Assembly: GCA_041584095.1 (NCBI GenBank)
Contig: JBFHEP010000002.1
Location: 1 to 40,022, forward strand
Direction of reading: 5' to 3'
DNA length: 40,022 nt
Source of the DNA: Acidimicrobiales bacterium
Lineage (GTDB): Bacteria > Actinomycetota > Acidimicrobiia > Acidimicrobiales > SZUA-35
Each line of letters begins with the position of its first letter. Positions within the stretch are counted from its first letter, which is position 1. The notes under the pieces were generated by a model. That model searched no databases. It saw nothing but the letters and a program-made list of their open reading frames with translations, and was not told the origin of the DNA. Made by a program: the position numbers and the translations under genes. This document shows positions 17,983-26,760 of the stretch, in pieces.

Positions 17983-18934
17983 TTCCGAGGCGCTCCGACT
18001 CCTCCGGGCAGAACACCACGACTGCGGTTGTGATGGTGAGATTGAGTTGTGTCGGCGTGAGGCTGCTCCGACTCGACGTGACCGCTACCCGGCGCAGCTC
18101 CTCGAAGGCGGCGCGATCCTCGGCCCCACCGGCGTAGACGCAATAGGTTGCGGCGAACGTCGTGATCTGGTCGTCGGTCAGCGCGTCGGTTGACAGACCG
18201 TGTTCGCCCAGCTGCCGCCGAAACTCGGCGATCGTTGCTGCGACCTCAGGATCGGACTCTGACGCAACGACCGGCCCGTCGAGCTCCTCCGCGTCGGCGA
18301 GCTCGCCTTCGGATGAGGCGGTTGAGGATGCATCGGTCGAGGTGGCCGTTGCGAGGTCGTCGTCGGTCACGACGGCCGGCGTGTCATCCGGCGCGATTGT
18401 GACATCGTCGTTCGAACCGGCCAGGACGAACTGCGCCAAAGCGGCGGTGCCGAGGACGACGACGGATACCAACGCCCCCGTCACCCACGGCTTGCGTTTC
18501 GTCGAACGGGTTGGGACCGCGGCGACAAGCTGCGCTTCCGACTTCGGTTCCGGAACCGACTTCGGTGGTTCCGCCGGCTCCGGTTCCGGCTCCGGTTCTG
18601 GTTCCGGGTCCGGTTCCGGTTCTGGTTCCGGTTCCGGTTCCGGCTCGGGTGCAGGGGAAGGCTCGATGGCGTTGTCGGCAGCGGCCACGCGTTCGGGCTC
18701 CGCATTGGGGGCGTCGGAAGGCCGGCTCGTCACGTCCCACACCGGCAGCGAATCCGGTGGATCGTCGGGCTCCTCGCCGGGCCCGTGGGCAGGGTGCCAC
18801 CATCTGCCGTCGGCCGCTCGGTACCAGTTCTCGGGCGGGGGCCAGGGCTGTTCCTCGCCGTTCCAGGCCGTGTAGGTTTCGGTCACCTGCTCATGGCCTC
18901 GACGGTCCGCCGTCATGCATGCCACCCATCTCAC
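17966..18934 (-). CDS. hypothetical single-pass membrane protein with (EP)n repeat linker and Cys-containing C-terminal domain
   Basis: 322 aa. W-rich N-terminal motif (NWYRAADGRWWHPAHGP, DUF2510-like), then PEPEPEPEPEPEPDPEPEPEPEPEP. TM helix (WVTGALVSVVVLGTAALAQFVLAG), an acidic stretch, and a C-terminal ~90 aa with two Cys (TYCVYAGG...VVFCPEE, DUF732-like). The 3' end overlaps the EamA gene by 17 nt (convergent). Confidence 0.65.
   Translation of the reverse strand: MRWVACMTADRRGHEQVTETYTAWNGEEQPWPPPENWYRAADGRWWHPAHGPGEEPDDPPDSLPVWDVTSRPSDAPNAEPERVAAADNAIEPSPAPEPEPEPEPEPEPDPEPEPEPEPEPAEPPKSVPEPKSEAQLVAAVPTRSTKRKPWVTGALVSVVVLGTAALAQFVLAGSNDDVTIAPDDTPAVVTDDDLATATSTDASSTASSEGELADAEELDGPVVASESDPEVAATIAEFRRQLGEHGLSTDALTDDQITTFAATYCVYAGGAEDRAAFEELRRVAVTSSRSSLTPTQLNLTITTAVVVFCPEESERLGITLDE
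18579..18650. repeat. 12-unit hexanucleotide tandem repeat (TCCGGT and variants) encoding (Glu-Pro)n on the minus strand
   Basis: Read directly from the sequence: TCCGGT TCCGGC TCCGGT TCTGGT TCCGGG TCCGGT TCCGGT TCTGGT TCCGGT TCCGGT TCCGGC TCGGGT. Confidence 0.9.
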
Positions 18935-19055
18935 ATCTCAGGGTAGCGGTTGAACCCGGTCCGACGCAGGAGGCGATTCCCCACAGGGGATTGGATCTGG
19001 ACCGGTTGGGGTAGGACAACCGGCACAACGGCGGGGAACCGACGAGGAGAGTATT

Positions 19056-19886
19056 GTGCGATACGGCGAGAAAAGCGTGGCGGCCCTGCTCTGGGCTGTA
19101 CTGACGGCGAGCCTGATGATGGTGCTGTCGGGCCCGGCGGCGGCCCAGGCCGACGATTCGGTGAGGATCAACCTGATCAACGGGATCCCCGACAATTCGG
19201 TCGACATCGAGTTCACATCCGGCGACTCGATCGCCGAGTTTGCATTTCGGGACACCTACGACCTGTCGAGCTTGGCCGGTTCAACGGCAGGCGTGGTCGT
19301 CACCGACGCCGTGAGCGATGAGACGCTGCTCGAGGTCGATCAACTTGTGCTTCCCGCATCGGGCAACGTGTCGGTGCTGCTCCACCTGAAGGTCGACGGC
19401 TCGGTCAGCCTGTCGACGTTCGAGAACGATCTGTCTCGAATCGAGGCGGGCGACAGCCGCTTGGTCGTCCGGCACCTCGCCGCAGCCCCCGAAGTCGATG
19501 TGCTGGCGGCGGGCGAGGTGGTGTTCGAGGGTCTGGGTAACGGACGGGAACGCAGTGCCGATCTCGAGGCGGGCGAGGTTTCCGCCAGTCTGGTTCCGAC
19601 GGGGGAAGATGGCCCGGTCATCATCGGCCCCGCGGATCTGCCGCTGATCGAGGGGGACATGTTGATCATCTACGGACTTGGATCGCTCGACGACGACACG
19701 ATGACCGTCCTCACCGAGACCATCACCGGTCTCGACACCCCGCCGTCCGGTGTCGACACCGGCAACTCCGACGTCTCCGGTATCGGGATGCTCGGCGTTG
19801 CTGTGCTGACGACGCTGGTGGTCGGAGCCAGCCTGGCCGGCGGACTCGGCCGTCGCAGCCGCTGGGCCGGCACTGGATCGCTGTAG
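19056..19886 (+). CDS. secreted DUF4397-like protein with C-terminal cell-wall-sorting-type tail
   Basis: GTG start preceded by GAGGAGA. Signal peptide (AALLWAVLTASLMMVLSGPAAAQA). Two DUF4397-like repeats (VRINLINGIPDNSVDIEF...; RLVVRHLAAAPEVDVLAAGEVVFEGL...). The C-terminus has a hydrophobic helix (GIGMLGVAVLTTLVVGASLAGGL) and a basic tail (GRRSR). Confidence 0.75.
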   Translation: MRYGEKSVAALLWAVLTASLMMVLSGPAAAQADDSVRINLINGIPDNSVDIEFTSGDSIAEFAFRDTYDLSSLAGSTAGVVVTDAVSDETLLEVDQLVLPASGNVSVLLHLKVDGSVSLSTFENDLSRIEAGDSRLVVRHLAAAPEVDVLAAGEVVFEGLGNGRERSADLEAGEVSASLVPTGEDGPVIIGPADLPLIEGDMLIIYGLGSLDDDTMTVLTETITGLDTPPSGVDTGNSDVSGIGMLGVAVLTTLVVGASLAGGLGRRSRWAGTGSL

Positions 19887-19902
19887 GGGCGGAAGGTCCG
19901 TC

Positions 19903-20622
19903 GTGACCGCGTACGGTCGGAGGCTGCTCGTTGGATTGGTGGTTGGGCCGGTGATCATTCTGGCGCTCTTCGCCTGGGCCGCCGCGTCCGCCCCAACGGC
20001 ACCGGCGGTCTCGTCGATCGCGCTCGCTACCGAGAGCTCCACCGGAGGGGAGGACGACGCCTCCGGTAGCGTGCCGGGGGCCACGATCGACCGAGCCCGG
20101 ATCGCGGCCGGCCCGGCCGCGACGACGGGCCTGCGCCCCCTGCCTCGCGCTCAGGGATTGCCCGAACAGGTGGCGGATCCGGGCGGGCCGGTCAGCATCC
20201 GCATCGCCGATATCGGCGTCGACGGCAACGTGGTTCCAGTCGGTGTCGAAGCCGATGGTTCGTTCGAGGTCCCGGCGGCCCGCGAGGTCGGCTGGTACCG
20301 CTTCGGATCCAACGCCGGAGAGCCCGGATCGACCGTCCTGGCCGCCCACATCTCCTACGACGGTGTTGACGGCGTCTTCCGCCATCTCTCGTCGGTCAGC
20401 CCCGGCGCCGCCGTGGAGATCGGAGCGGCCGACGGCTCCACCATCGAATACCGTGTCGTGGACATCATCGAATACGGCAAGGCCGAGTTGCCGGTCGACG
20501 AGCTGTTTTCCGAGTCTGGCGACGATCGCCTCGTACTCATCACCTGCGGGGGAACCTTCAATCCCCGCCTTCGTAGCTACGACTCGAACGTCGTCGTCCA
20601 CGCGGTACCGATCACCGGGTAG
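19903..20622 (+). CDS. class F sortase
   Basis: GTG start preceded by GGAAGG. N-terminal TM helix. Motifs: IRIADIGVD, GWYRFGSNAGEPGSTVLAAHISYDG (catalytic His), LVLITCGGTFNPRLRSYDSNVVVHA (catalytic Cys in TCGG). This is the pattern I associate with class F rather than class E sortases. Confidence 0.8.
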   Translation: MTAYGRRLLVGLVVGPVIILALFAWAAASAPTAPAVSSIALATESSTGGEDDASGSVPGATIDRARIAAGPAATTGLRPLPRAQGLPEQVADPGGPVSIRIADIGVDGNVVPVGVEADGSFEVPAAREVGWYRFGSNAGEPGSTVLAAHISYDGVDGVFRHLSSVSPGAAVEIGAADGSTIEYRVVDIIEYGKAELPVDELFSESGDDRLVLITCGGTFNPRLRSYDSNVVVHAVPITG

Positions 20623-20662
20623 TGGATCCCCGCCCGGAGTTGCCCGCTCTAGATTGAGTGGG

Positions 20663-21259
20663 ATGAGGTTCGAGTTTCGGTCGCTCACCCGATCCGACTT
20701 CAATCTGCTGGCCCGGTGGCTGGCCGACGCCGAGGTGCATCGGTGGTGGCATCACGAGTTCACGCCAGAGGCCGTCGAGCGCGATTTCGGTCCGGCCGTC
20801 GACGGCATGGAGCCGATGGCAGTGCACCTGGTTTTTCTCGGTGAATCGGAGGATCAACCAGTCAGGCCGATCGGTGTGATGCAGTCGTACGCCTTCGCCG
20901 ACCAGCCGCAGTACGAAGAGGAGCTTGCAGCCGTGATGGCCGTTCCACCGGGGGCCGGGTCCATCGACTATCTCATCGGTGAGGCCGACTGCCGCGGACG
21001 GGGAGTGGGACGGGCGATGATCGCCGCCTACGTCGATGATCTGTGGGCAAGGTGCGCCACCGTCAACTCGCTGATCGTTCCGGTCGTGGCCTCGAATGTC
21101 GGCTCGTGGAAGGCCCTGGTCGGAGCAGGTTTCACCAAGCTGGGTGAAGCGAACCTCGAACCGGACAATCCGATCGACGATCCACTCCACGTGATCATGG
21201 GCCTCGATCGACCCCGTCGGGGGCGGCACCGGCGACGTCCAGCCGATGGGCGACGGTGA
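20663..21259 (+). CDS. GNAT-family N-acetyltransferase (Acetyltransf_8 / AAC(6')-like subgroup)
   Basis: ATG at 20663 (MRFEFRSLTRSDFNLLARWLADAEVHRWWHHE). Acetyl-CoA motif A is CRGRGVGRAMIAAYV. The upstream 140 codons of the track ORF are not protein-like. The Arg-rich last ~20 codons overlap the convergent gene. Confidence 0.75.
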   Translation: MRFEFRSLTRSDFNLLARWLADAEVHRWWHHEFTPEAVERDFGPAVDGMEPMAVHLVFLGESEDQPVRPIGVMQSYAFADQPQYEEELAAVMAVPPGAGSIDYLIGEADCRGRGVGRAMIAAYVDDLWARCATVNSLIVPVVASNVGSWKALVGAGFTKLGEANLEPDNPIDDPLHVIMGLDRPRRGRHRRRPADGRR

Positions 21260-22328
21260 CGCCCTGGCCGACCGTCAACGGAACCGACACCATGTCGACG
21301 CCCGGGGCCAAGTCCGGCAGCGGGTGCTGCTCATGGACGACGAGGCGGCTCCCGGGCCTGACCTGGGCCAGTACCCGATCGACGACAGGTGGAACCGAGT
21401 AGGCGGGCACGAAGAGAAAGAACACCGAGCCCTCGGCCGCCGCCGCCGGCAGACGTTCCGCGTTGGCGTCGCCTTCGATGATCACGATTCGATCGCCGTG
21501 ACCCTCCGCGGCGACAAGCCGTCGGGCCTCGCCGGCCAGCAATGGATCGGACTCCACCCCCACTCCCCGGCACGCCCGCTTGGCGACGGCTTGGCGCAGG
21601 ATCCGGGCATCGCCGCAGCCCAGGTCGACCACCGTGTCGTCGGGTCCGACCTCGGCCAGATCGAGCAGCGGCTCGATGAGATCGGTCGGGGTGCTGAGGA
21701 ACGGCCCGAGGGCCTGCCCCGATGTTTCGCGCAGGCCGATTCGTTCAGCCGCGAGTCGCAATGGTCGGATCAAGAGATACAGGGGCCACAGTGACCTCGG
21801 GAGCGCGACGACCTGATAGTCGTTCTCGTTGGGAATCAGTATCGCCGGGAGCCTCTTCGCGATGGCGGAGGGCGGCCAGCGGAGGTCGAGAACGATGGTC
21901 ACGTCGTCGGTCCGAGCCACGGTCAGCGTGTCACGGAAGTGACGCGACAGCGGTTCGGCCGGCCCGTCGATCGGCTCCCACGGACGGTAGCCGTGTCCCT
22001 CGAGTATGCGTACCGCGGCGATGGCCTGACCGGCGTCGGTCAGATGCAGCGTGGCGTTGTGGCGTTGAACGGGCGCGCTCGGATCGCTCTTGACGGAGGC
22101 TGCGATCCCCTCGACCTCCAGGATTGCGATGACCTTGGCCACTTCCTCGGCGACCCGCCGACCGATCGCCCGGCAGACCGCCTGGACCTCGACATCGTCG
22201 ATGTCCGCCAGCCGATCACCGTGGATGGCGTCGATCAATCTGGCATCGGTTCCGGCCACAGCCGTCGATGCTATCGTGCCATCGGCGGCCGTTGCGTCGG
22301 ATCGACAGGCACGTAGCCTCGGTGGCAT
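21195..22328 (-). CDS. fusion protein: N-terminal nucleotidyltransferase-like (possibly degenerate) domain + C-terminal class I SAM-dependent methyltransferase
   Basis: 377 aa. SAM motif I is VVDLGCGDARIL, followed by VGVESD and IIEGDA. The N-terminal ~190 aa (AIAAVRILEGHGYRPWEP...VLDLRWPP) recall the uncharacterised nucleotidyltransferase family NTP_transf_5. The start is uncertain because it collides with the apbE start. Confidence 0.65.
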   Translation of the reverse strand: MPPRLRACRSDATAADGTIASTAVAGTDARLIDAIHGDRLADIDDVEVQAVCRAIGRRVAEEVAKVIAILEVEGIAASVKSDPSAPVQRHNATLHLTDAGQAIAAVRILEGHGYRPWEPIDGPAEPLSRHFRDTLTVARTDDVTIVLDLRWPPSAIAKRLPAILIPNENDYQVVALPRSLWPLYLLIRPLRLAAERIGLRETSGQALGPFLSTPTDLIEPLLDLAEVGPDDTVVDLGCGDARILRQAVAKRACRGVGVESDPLLAGEARRLVAAEGHGDRIVIIEGDANAERLPAAAAEGSVFFLFVPAYSVPPVVDRVLAQVRPGSRLVVHEQHPLPDLAPGVDMVSVPLTVGQGVTVAHRLDVAGAAPDGVDRGP

Positions 22329-23325
22329 GACGGCGAACCGCTACCGGTACCAGAACCCCGCCATGCTGGGAACGGTGGTGGAGCTGTCGTTCGAGATGTC
22401 CGGAGTCGGTGACAGCGCGCGCGACGATCACGCAGCCGACGGTCGGGCCGAGATGGTGGCCGACGCCCTGTTCGGCGAGATCGGTCGGCTGCAAGCCGTA
22501 TTCAACGCGTTCGATGACGAGAGCGAACTCTGCCGGTGGCGATCGGGCGTTCTCCCGGGTGCCGGGACGAGCGACGAATTCGCCGATCTCATGGGCCACG
22601 TCCTGTTCTGGCAACGGTGGTCGGGTGGTCTGTTCAACCCGCTGACCGGTGAGCTTTCGGCTGTCTGGGCCGAGGCCGAACGTGAGGACCGTGACCCGGA
22701 TCCGGACCGCCTGAGCACGATCGCGTCGTCGATCGCCGAACCCCGGTTCGAGATGGTCGAGGGCCGCCCGGTGCCGACCGGCGACTGCTCCCGGTTCAAC
22801 CTCAACGCCATGGCCAAGGGCTGGATCGTCGACCGGGCGGTCGCTTCGATCGGCGATCGGTTCGACGACATCGACAACATCCTCGTCAACGCCGGCGGGG
22901 ACTTGTGCCACCGAGGCTCGGGGACCGTGAGGGTCGGCATCGAGAATCCGCAGCGGCCCTACGACAACGAGCCCCCGCTCACCGTGATCGAGATTTCAAA
23001 TGAAGCGGTGGCCACCAGCGGGGCCGCCCGGCGAGCGTTTCGGGTCGGTGGGCGGCGGGTCGGCCACGTCCTCGACCCTCGTTCCGGGCAGCCGGCGGAG
23101 GTGTCGGCCTCGGTCTCGATTGTGGCCCCCCTGGCGATGGTGGCCGACGTCGTCGCCACGCCGGCCGGCATCCTGGCCGCGGCAACGGCGCTCGAACTGG
23201 TCGACGGAGCCGACGAAACGGCCGGAGTGGCGGTGGCCGCCCTGATCATCGATCACGATGGCACCACCCACCCGTCCCGACGGTGGCGGGATCGATTCGG
23301 CCGCCCGTCCGGACCGCCGGCTTGA
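22327..23325 (+). CDS. apbE: FAD:protein FMN transferase (ApbE family), no signal peptide
   Basis: ATG at 22327 (MTANRYRYQNPAMLGTVVEL). Motifs: NLNAMAKGWIVDRAV, LVNAGGDL, VATSGAARRAF, HVLDPRSG. The upstream part of the track ORF (22090-22326) is antisense to the methyltransferase gene. Confidence 0.8.
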   Translation: MTANRYRYQNPAMLGTVVELSFEMSGVGDSARDDHAADGRAEMVADALFGEIGRLQAVFNAFDDESELCRWRSGVLPGAGTSDEFADLMGHVLFWQRWSGGLFNPLTGELSAVWAEAEREDRDPDPDRLSTIASSIAEPRFEMVEGRPVPTGDCSRFNLNAMAKGWIVDRAVASIGDRFDDIDNILVNAGGDLCHRGSGTVRVGIENPQRPYDNEPPLTVIEISNEAVATSGAARRAFRVGGRRVGHVLDPRSGQPAEVSASVSIVAPLAMVADVVATPAGILAAATALELVDGADETAGVAVAALIIDHDGTTHPSRRWRDRFGRPSGPPA

Positions 23326-23413
23326 GGAATTGTGGCGCCGACTCGACCGCGAGGGTCGATCGCCGCAGCCCGGGGCCAGGGGTGCCGTCGACGAGATCTT
23401 TCCCGCGGTGTCG

Positions 23414-24511
23414 TCAGGCTCGAGCGCCGACCGAGAGGCGTTTGCGTCGTTCGGCGATGTGGCGGTCGCCCTCCGGGGTGCCGTCGTGGAAGGCATCGAT
23501 GAGATCGTCGAGCGGGGAATCGAGGCCGCCGTAGTTGCACTCGATGAGGCGGTGATGGAGCTGATGGTGGAAGTCTCCGACGTGGAGACGAATTCCGAGC
23601 GGGCCTTTGATGGCGTCGTAGCCGGTGTGCGACAGCGGGGCGCCGACACCGTGATGGAGCATGGCGAACAGCATGTGGATTGGATGCGACGGCACGATCA
23701 GGAACAGGATCACGTCGGAGAACAGCACGAACTGCTCGGCCGGGTGCATGGCCAGGCCCGACAGCGGTCCGATGTTGACGTTGCGGTGATGCCAGGCGTG
23801 CACGTGGCGGTACACCGGGCGGCGATGCAAAAGCCAGTGCTGGACCGAGAAGTAGAGCGCTGACCACAGCGGCACGATGAGGAGGAGTACGACGAACCAC
23901 ACCGGGTTCGACGACCAGGAGATCATCGTGGCCCAGCCGTTGGCGTATGCCCACCACATGAACGTCTCCCAGAACGTCCAGCAGATCACGGCCGGGCCGA
24001 GGGTGAGCATGGCGTTGTCGCGAACCTGATCGTTGAACAGGAAGATGCGCTTGTCGCGACCGAGCGGTCGGGCGTCGTAGCGCAGCTCGTCACCCTGGCG
24101 GGCGAAGGTATAGAGGTAGAGGTGGGTGCCGCCGGCGGCGGCGGCGACCACGGCGAGGTTGCGGAGCCACAGCTGTGCGATCCACCCCGGTGCGAGCGTG
24201 GCCGCCGTGTCGAGTGACGGGCTGGCCCATCGCCACAGCACGAAGGCCACAGCGAGCATGAGGACCCGGGGGGTGGTGAGCCGCCATCCTCGCAGCCAGA
24301 ACCTGAGGGCGGCGCCGGCGTCGATCGGCCAACGGAAGAGCGCCCAGGATCGGAGCGGAGCCGGAGGGGTGAAGTTCCAGCGGCTGGGCCGCACCGTCTC
24401 CATCGCGCCGATTCTGAAGCCGCCCTCCGGCGTTGTCAAGGCCGGTGTCAACATGGGGGGTTTGTGCGTTCGTGCGTCGTGGAACCCCCGGATCGCGCAA
24501 CCTTGCTTCAA
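23414..24511 (-). CDS. membrane fatty-acid hydroxylase / sterol-desaturase superfamily di-iron enzyme
   Basis: Several TM helices. His boxes: HWLLHRRPVYRHVHAWHHRN, HPAEQ, HHGVGAPLSH, FHHQLHHRLIECNYG. The track start is a TTG overlapping the upstream stop. The ATGs at 24454 or 24403 (METVRPSRW) are equally plausible starts. Confidence 0.8.
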   Translation of the reverse strand: MKQGCAIRGFHDARTHKPPMLTPALTTPEGGFRIGAMETVRPSRWNFTPPAPLRSWALFRWPIDAGAALRFWLRGWRLTTPRVLMLAVAFVLWRWASPSLDTAATLAPGWIAQLWLRNLAVVAAAAGGTHLYLYTFARQGDELRYDARPLGRDKRIFLFNDQVRDNAMLTLGPAVICWTFWETFMWWAYANGWATMISWSSNPVWFVVLLLIVPLWSALYFSVQHWLLHRRPVYRHVHAWHHRNVNIGPLSGLAMHPAEQFVLFSDVILFLIVPSHPIHMLFAMLHHGVGAPLSHTGYDAIKGPLGIRLHVGDFHHQLHHRLIECNYGGLDSPLDDLIDAFHDGTPEGDRHIAERRKRLSVGARA

Positions 24512-25593
24512 TCCACGTCGACGACCAGTGGAGAGCCGTGGTGGGGATCAAAGAGCGCGTGATAGCCGCCGGTGTGCCAGAACAGGATCGGCCCGTGGAG
24601 ATCGCCTGCTGCGGTGGCGCCGAGAGGGCCGGAGCGCACGAGGGCGACGAGGCCGGCCAGGCCTTTGGCCGAGTAGACGGGGTCCACGATGATGGCCTCG
24701 GTGCGGGCCAGGAGCTTGATGGCCTCGGTTGCCGCCGCGGTGCGTGCGCCGTAGCCGTCGCCGACCTGGTCGTGCACGATGGCGAGGTCGGCCGGTGACA
24801 GCTGGGCGGCCAGGTCGAGTCCGATCACCGCGGCGGCCTCGACGGCCAGCGCGTGGTGTTGGGCGGCGATGTCGTCATAGAGTCGCCCGGCGTCGACGCC
24901 GATGATCGGAACGCCTGCGAGCGGCGAGCCCGGGGACATCAGGGCCCTGCCGACCAGTAGTCCGGCGTGGGTGCCGCCGGAGGTCGTGGTGTGCATGATG
25001 ACCGACGGGGTCATGCCCGCCGTGTCGCTCTGGGTCTCGAGTTCAAGGAAGGCCCGGGCGAAGCCGAGCGATCCGAGCGGTGACGAGCACCCGACCGGCG
25101 CCGCGAATGCACGGCGTCCGGCAGCGTTGAGTTCGGCCACGAGTTCGTCAACCTGTTGGTTCAATGCAGCCCACGAGGCGTCGCCGGTGTAGTGGACGGT
25201 GGCGCCGACGAGATGTTCGAGCAACAGGTTGGCGGTCGGACCGGGCTCATCATTCGGCGGCTCACCGCTCAGCACGAGGTGGCACTCCATGCCCACTGCG
25301 GCCGCGGCCGACGCCCCCGTCCGCGCCGAGTTCGACTGGAGCCCGCCGGTGGTGACCAACGTGTCACAGCCTTCGGCCAGGGCTCGGCCGACCACCAGAT
25401 TGAACTTGCGGATCTTGTTGCCGGCCAGGGCCACGCCCTGAACGTCGTCTCGCTTGATCCACACCTCGGCGCCGACGGCGGTGCCGAACCGGTCGAGGCG
25501 ATGCAGCGGTGTCGGCCACGTGCCGAGCCCGGCCGTCGGCAGCGCCAGTAGTCGCTCGACGGCCGCCCTCCGCGCCGTCTCCGGATCACTCAC
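24508..25593 (-). CDS. PLP-dependent enzyme of the ACC deaminase / D-cysteine desulfhydrase family
   Basis: 361 aa with a GTG start. Motifs: TPLHRLDRFG, VWIKRDDVQGVALAGNKIRKFN (PLP Lys), LVTTGGLQSNSAR, MHTTTSGGTHAG. Confidence 0.85.
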   Translation of the reverse strand: MSDPETARRAAVERLLALPTAGLGTWPTPLHRLDRFGTAVGAEVWIKRDDVQGVALAGNKIRKFNLVVGRALAEGCDTLVTTGGLQSNSARTGASAAAAVGMECHLVLSGEPPNDEPGPTANLLLEHLVGATVHYTGDASWAALNQQVDELVAELNAAGRRAFAAPVGCSSPLGSLGFARAFLELETQSDTAGMTPSVIMHTTTSGGTHAGLLVGRALMSPGSPLAGVPIIGVDAGRLYDDIAAQHHALAVEAAAVIGLDLAAQLSPADLAIVHDQVGDGYGARTAAATEAIKLLARTEAIIVDPVYSAKGLAGLVALVRSGPLGATAAGDLHGPILFWHTGGYHALFDPHHGSPLVVDVD

Positions 25594-25682
25594 GTCACGC
25601 CCCTATCCTTGTTGTGGCGTGCACGACGTCGTCAGCGACGCGGGAAACGCGCACAACGGGGCCAGGCGGGAGCACTGCCAGA

Positions 25683-26717
25683 TCACACCGTCAGCGACGG
25701 ATCGGCCCAGTAGAAGTCGGGGTCGAGCTGCTTCGTTTCCAGGAGCTGCTGGAGGCGCTTCAGCCGGGTGAACGGTGGCGCCACGAAGAGTGCCTCGTCC
25801 ATGTCGATCGCCTCGAACACCTGTCGGAGCTGGCGGGCGCCACGCTCGGCGTCCCACTCGCAGGAGAATCCGGGGAGCCGGGTCGATATCTTCTCGAAGT
25901 TCACGCGGTACGACCGGTTGTCCGAAGCCGGGCCGAAGGTCAGCTCGCAGCCGGGGAACACGTCGGCCACGATCTCGGCCACCTGCCGCACCCGGTAGTT
26001 CTGCTCGGTCGCCCCGACGTTGAACACCTCGTTGTGGATGGCGTCACGGGGAGCGGCCAGCGTGCACTCGATGGCCTTGGCGATGTCGAGGGCGTGGACG
26101 AGCGGCCGCCACGGTGACCCGTCGGAGATCATGGCGATCTCCCGGGTCGTCCAGGCCAGGCCCGACAAGTTGTTCAACACGATGTCGAACCGCATCCGGG
26201 GCGATGCACCGAAGGCGGTGGCATTGCGGAGGAAGGTTGGGGAGAAGTCGTCGTCGGCCATCGGGGCCAGGTCGCGTTCCACCAGGGTCTTGCACTCGGC
26301 GTAGGCGGTCTGCGGGTTCACGGGCGAGGACTCGTCGAGTTCACCCTCGGCGATGCCGTAGACCGAGCACGACGACATGTAGACGAACCGTTCGACTCCG
26401 GCCGCCTTGGCCAACTCGGCCAGCTTGACCGAACCCTGATGGTTGATCTCATGGGTGATGCCGGGCCGCAGCTCGCCGGTGGGGTCGTTCGACAGCTCGG
26501 CCATGTGGACCACGGCGTCGATTCCCTCGAGGTCTGCGGCCTCCACGTGGCGCAGATCCTTGATGAGCGTGTGGGCCGTGCGCTCCACGCCCTGGTAGAG
26601 CCAGCCGGTCATGTAGTAGCCGGTGTCGAGCCCGACAACCTCATGGCCCCTGGCCATCAGCCGGGGGGCCAGCAGCGACCCAAGGTAGCCCTCGGTGCCC
26701 GTAACCAGGATCCGCAC
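25683..26717 (-). CDS. NAD-dependent epimerase/dehydratase (extended SDR)
   Basis: GTG at 26717 preceded by GGAGGA. Motifs: VRILVTGTEGYLGS (GxxGxxG), MSSCSVYG, YAECK (YxxxK). The track ORF's first 51 codons overlap lhgO and are not protein-like. Confidence 0.85.
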   Translation of the reverse strand: MRILVTGTEGYLGSLLAPRLMARGHEVVGLDTGYYMTGWLYQGVERTAHTLIKDLRHVEAADLEGIDAVVHMAELSNDPTGELRPGITHEINHQGSVKLAELAKAAGVERFVYMSSCSVYGIAEGELDESSPVNPQTAYAECKTLVERDLAPMADDDFSPTFLRNATAFGASPRMRFDIVLNNLSGLAWTTREIAMISDGSPWRPLVHALDIAKAIECTLAAPRDAIHNEVFNVGATEQNYRVRQVAEIVADVFPGCELTFGPASDNRSYRVNFEKISTRLPGFSCEWDAERGARQLRQVFEAIDMDEALFVAPPFTRLKRLQQLLETKQLDPDFYWADPSLTV

Positions 26718-26760
26718 GTGAAGTCCTCCGTCTCGAAAGGGTGTTGGCCCGGTTCGTGGT

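Noticed and set aside
18579-18650. Short tandem repeat array that might superficially suggest CRISPR
   Set aside because: The period is 6 nt with no spacers. It lies inside a coding region and simply encodes (Glu-Pro)n. No cas genes are present.
21195-21259. 65-nt convergent overlap of the GNAT and methyltransferase 3' ends, considered as antisense regulation
   Set aside because: Both overlapping tails are low-complexity (Arg-rich and Ala/Gly-rich) read-through past the conserved domains. This is most simply late stop codons in GC-rich DNA.
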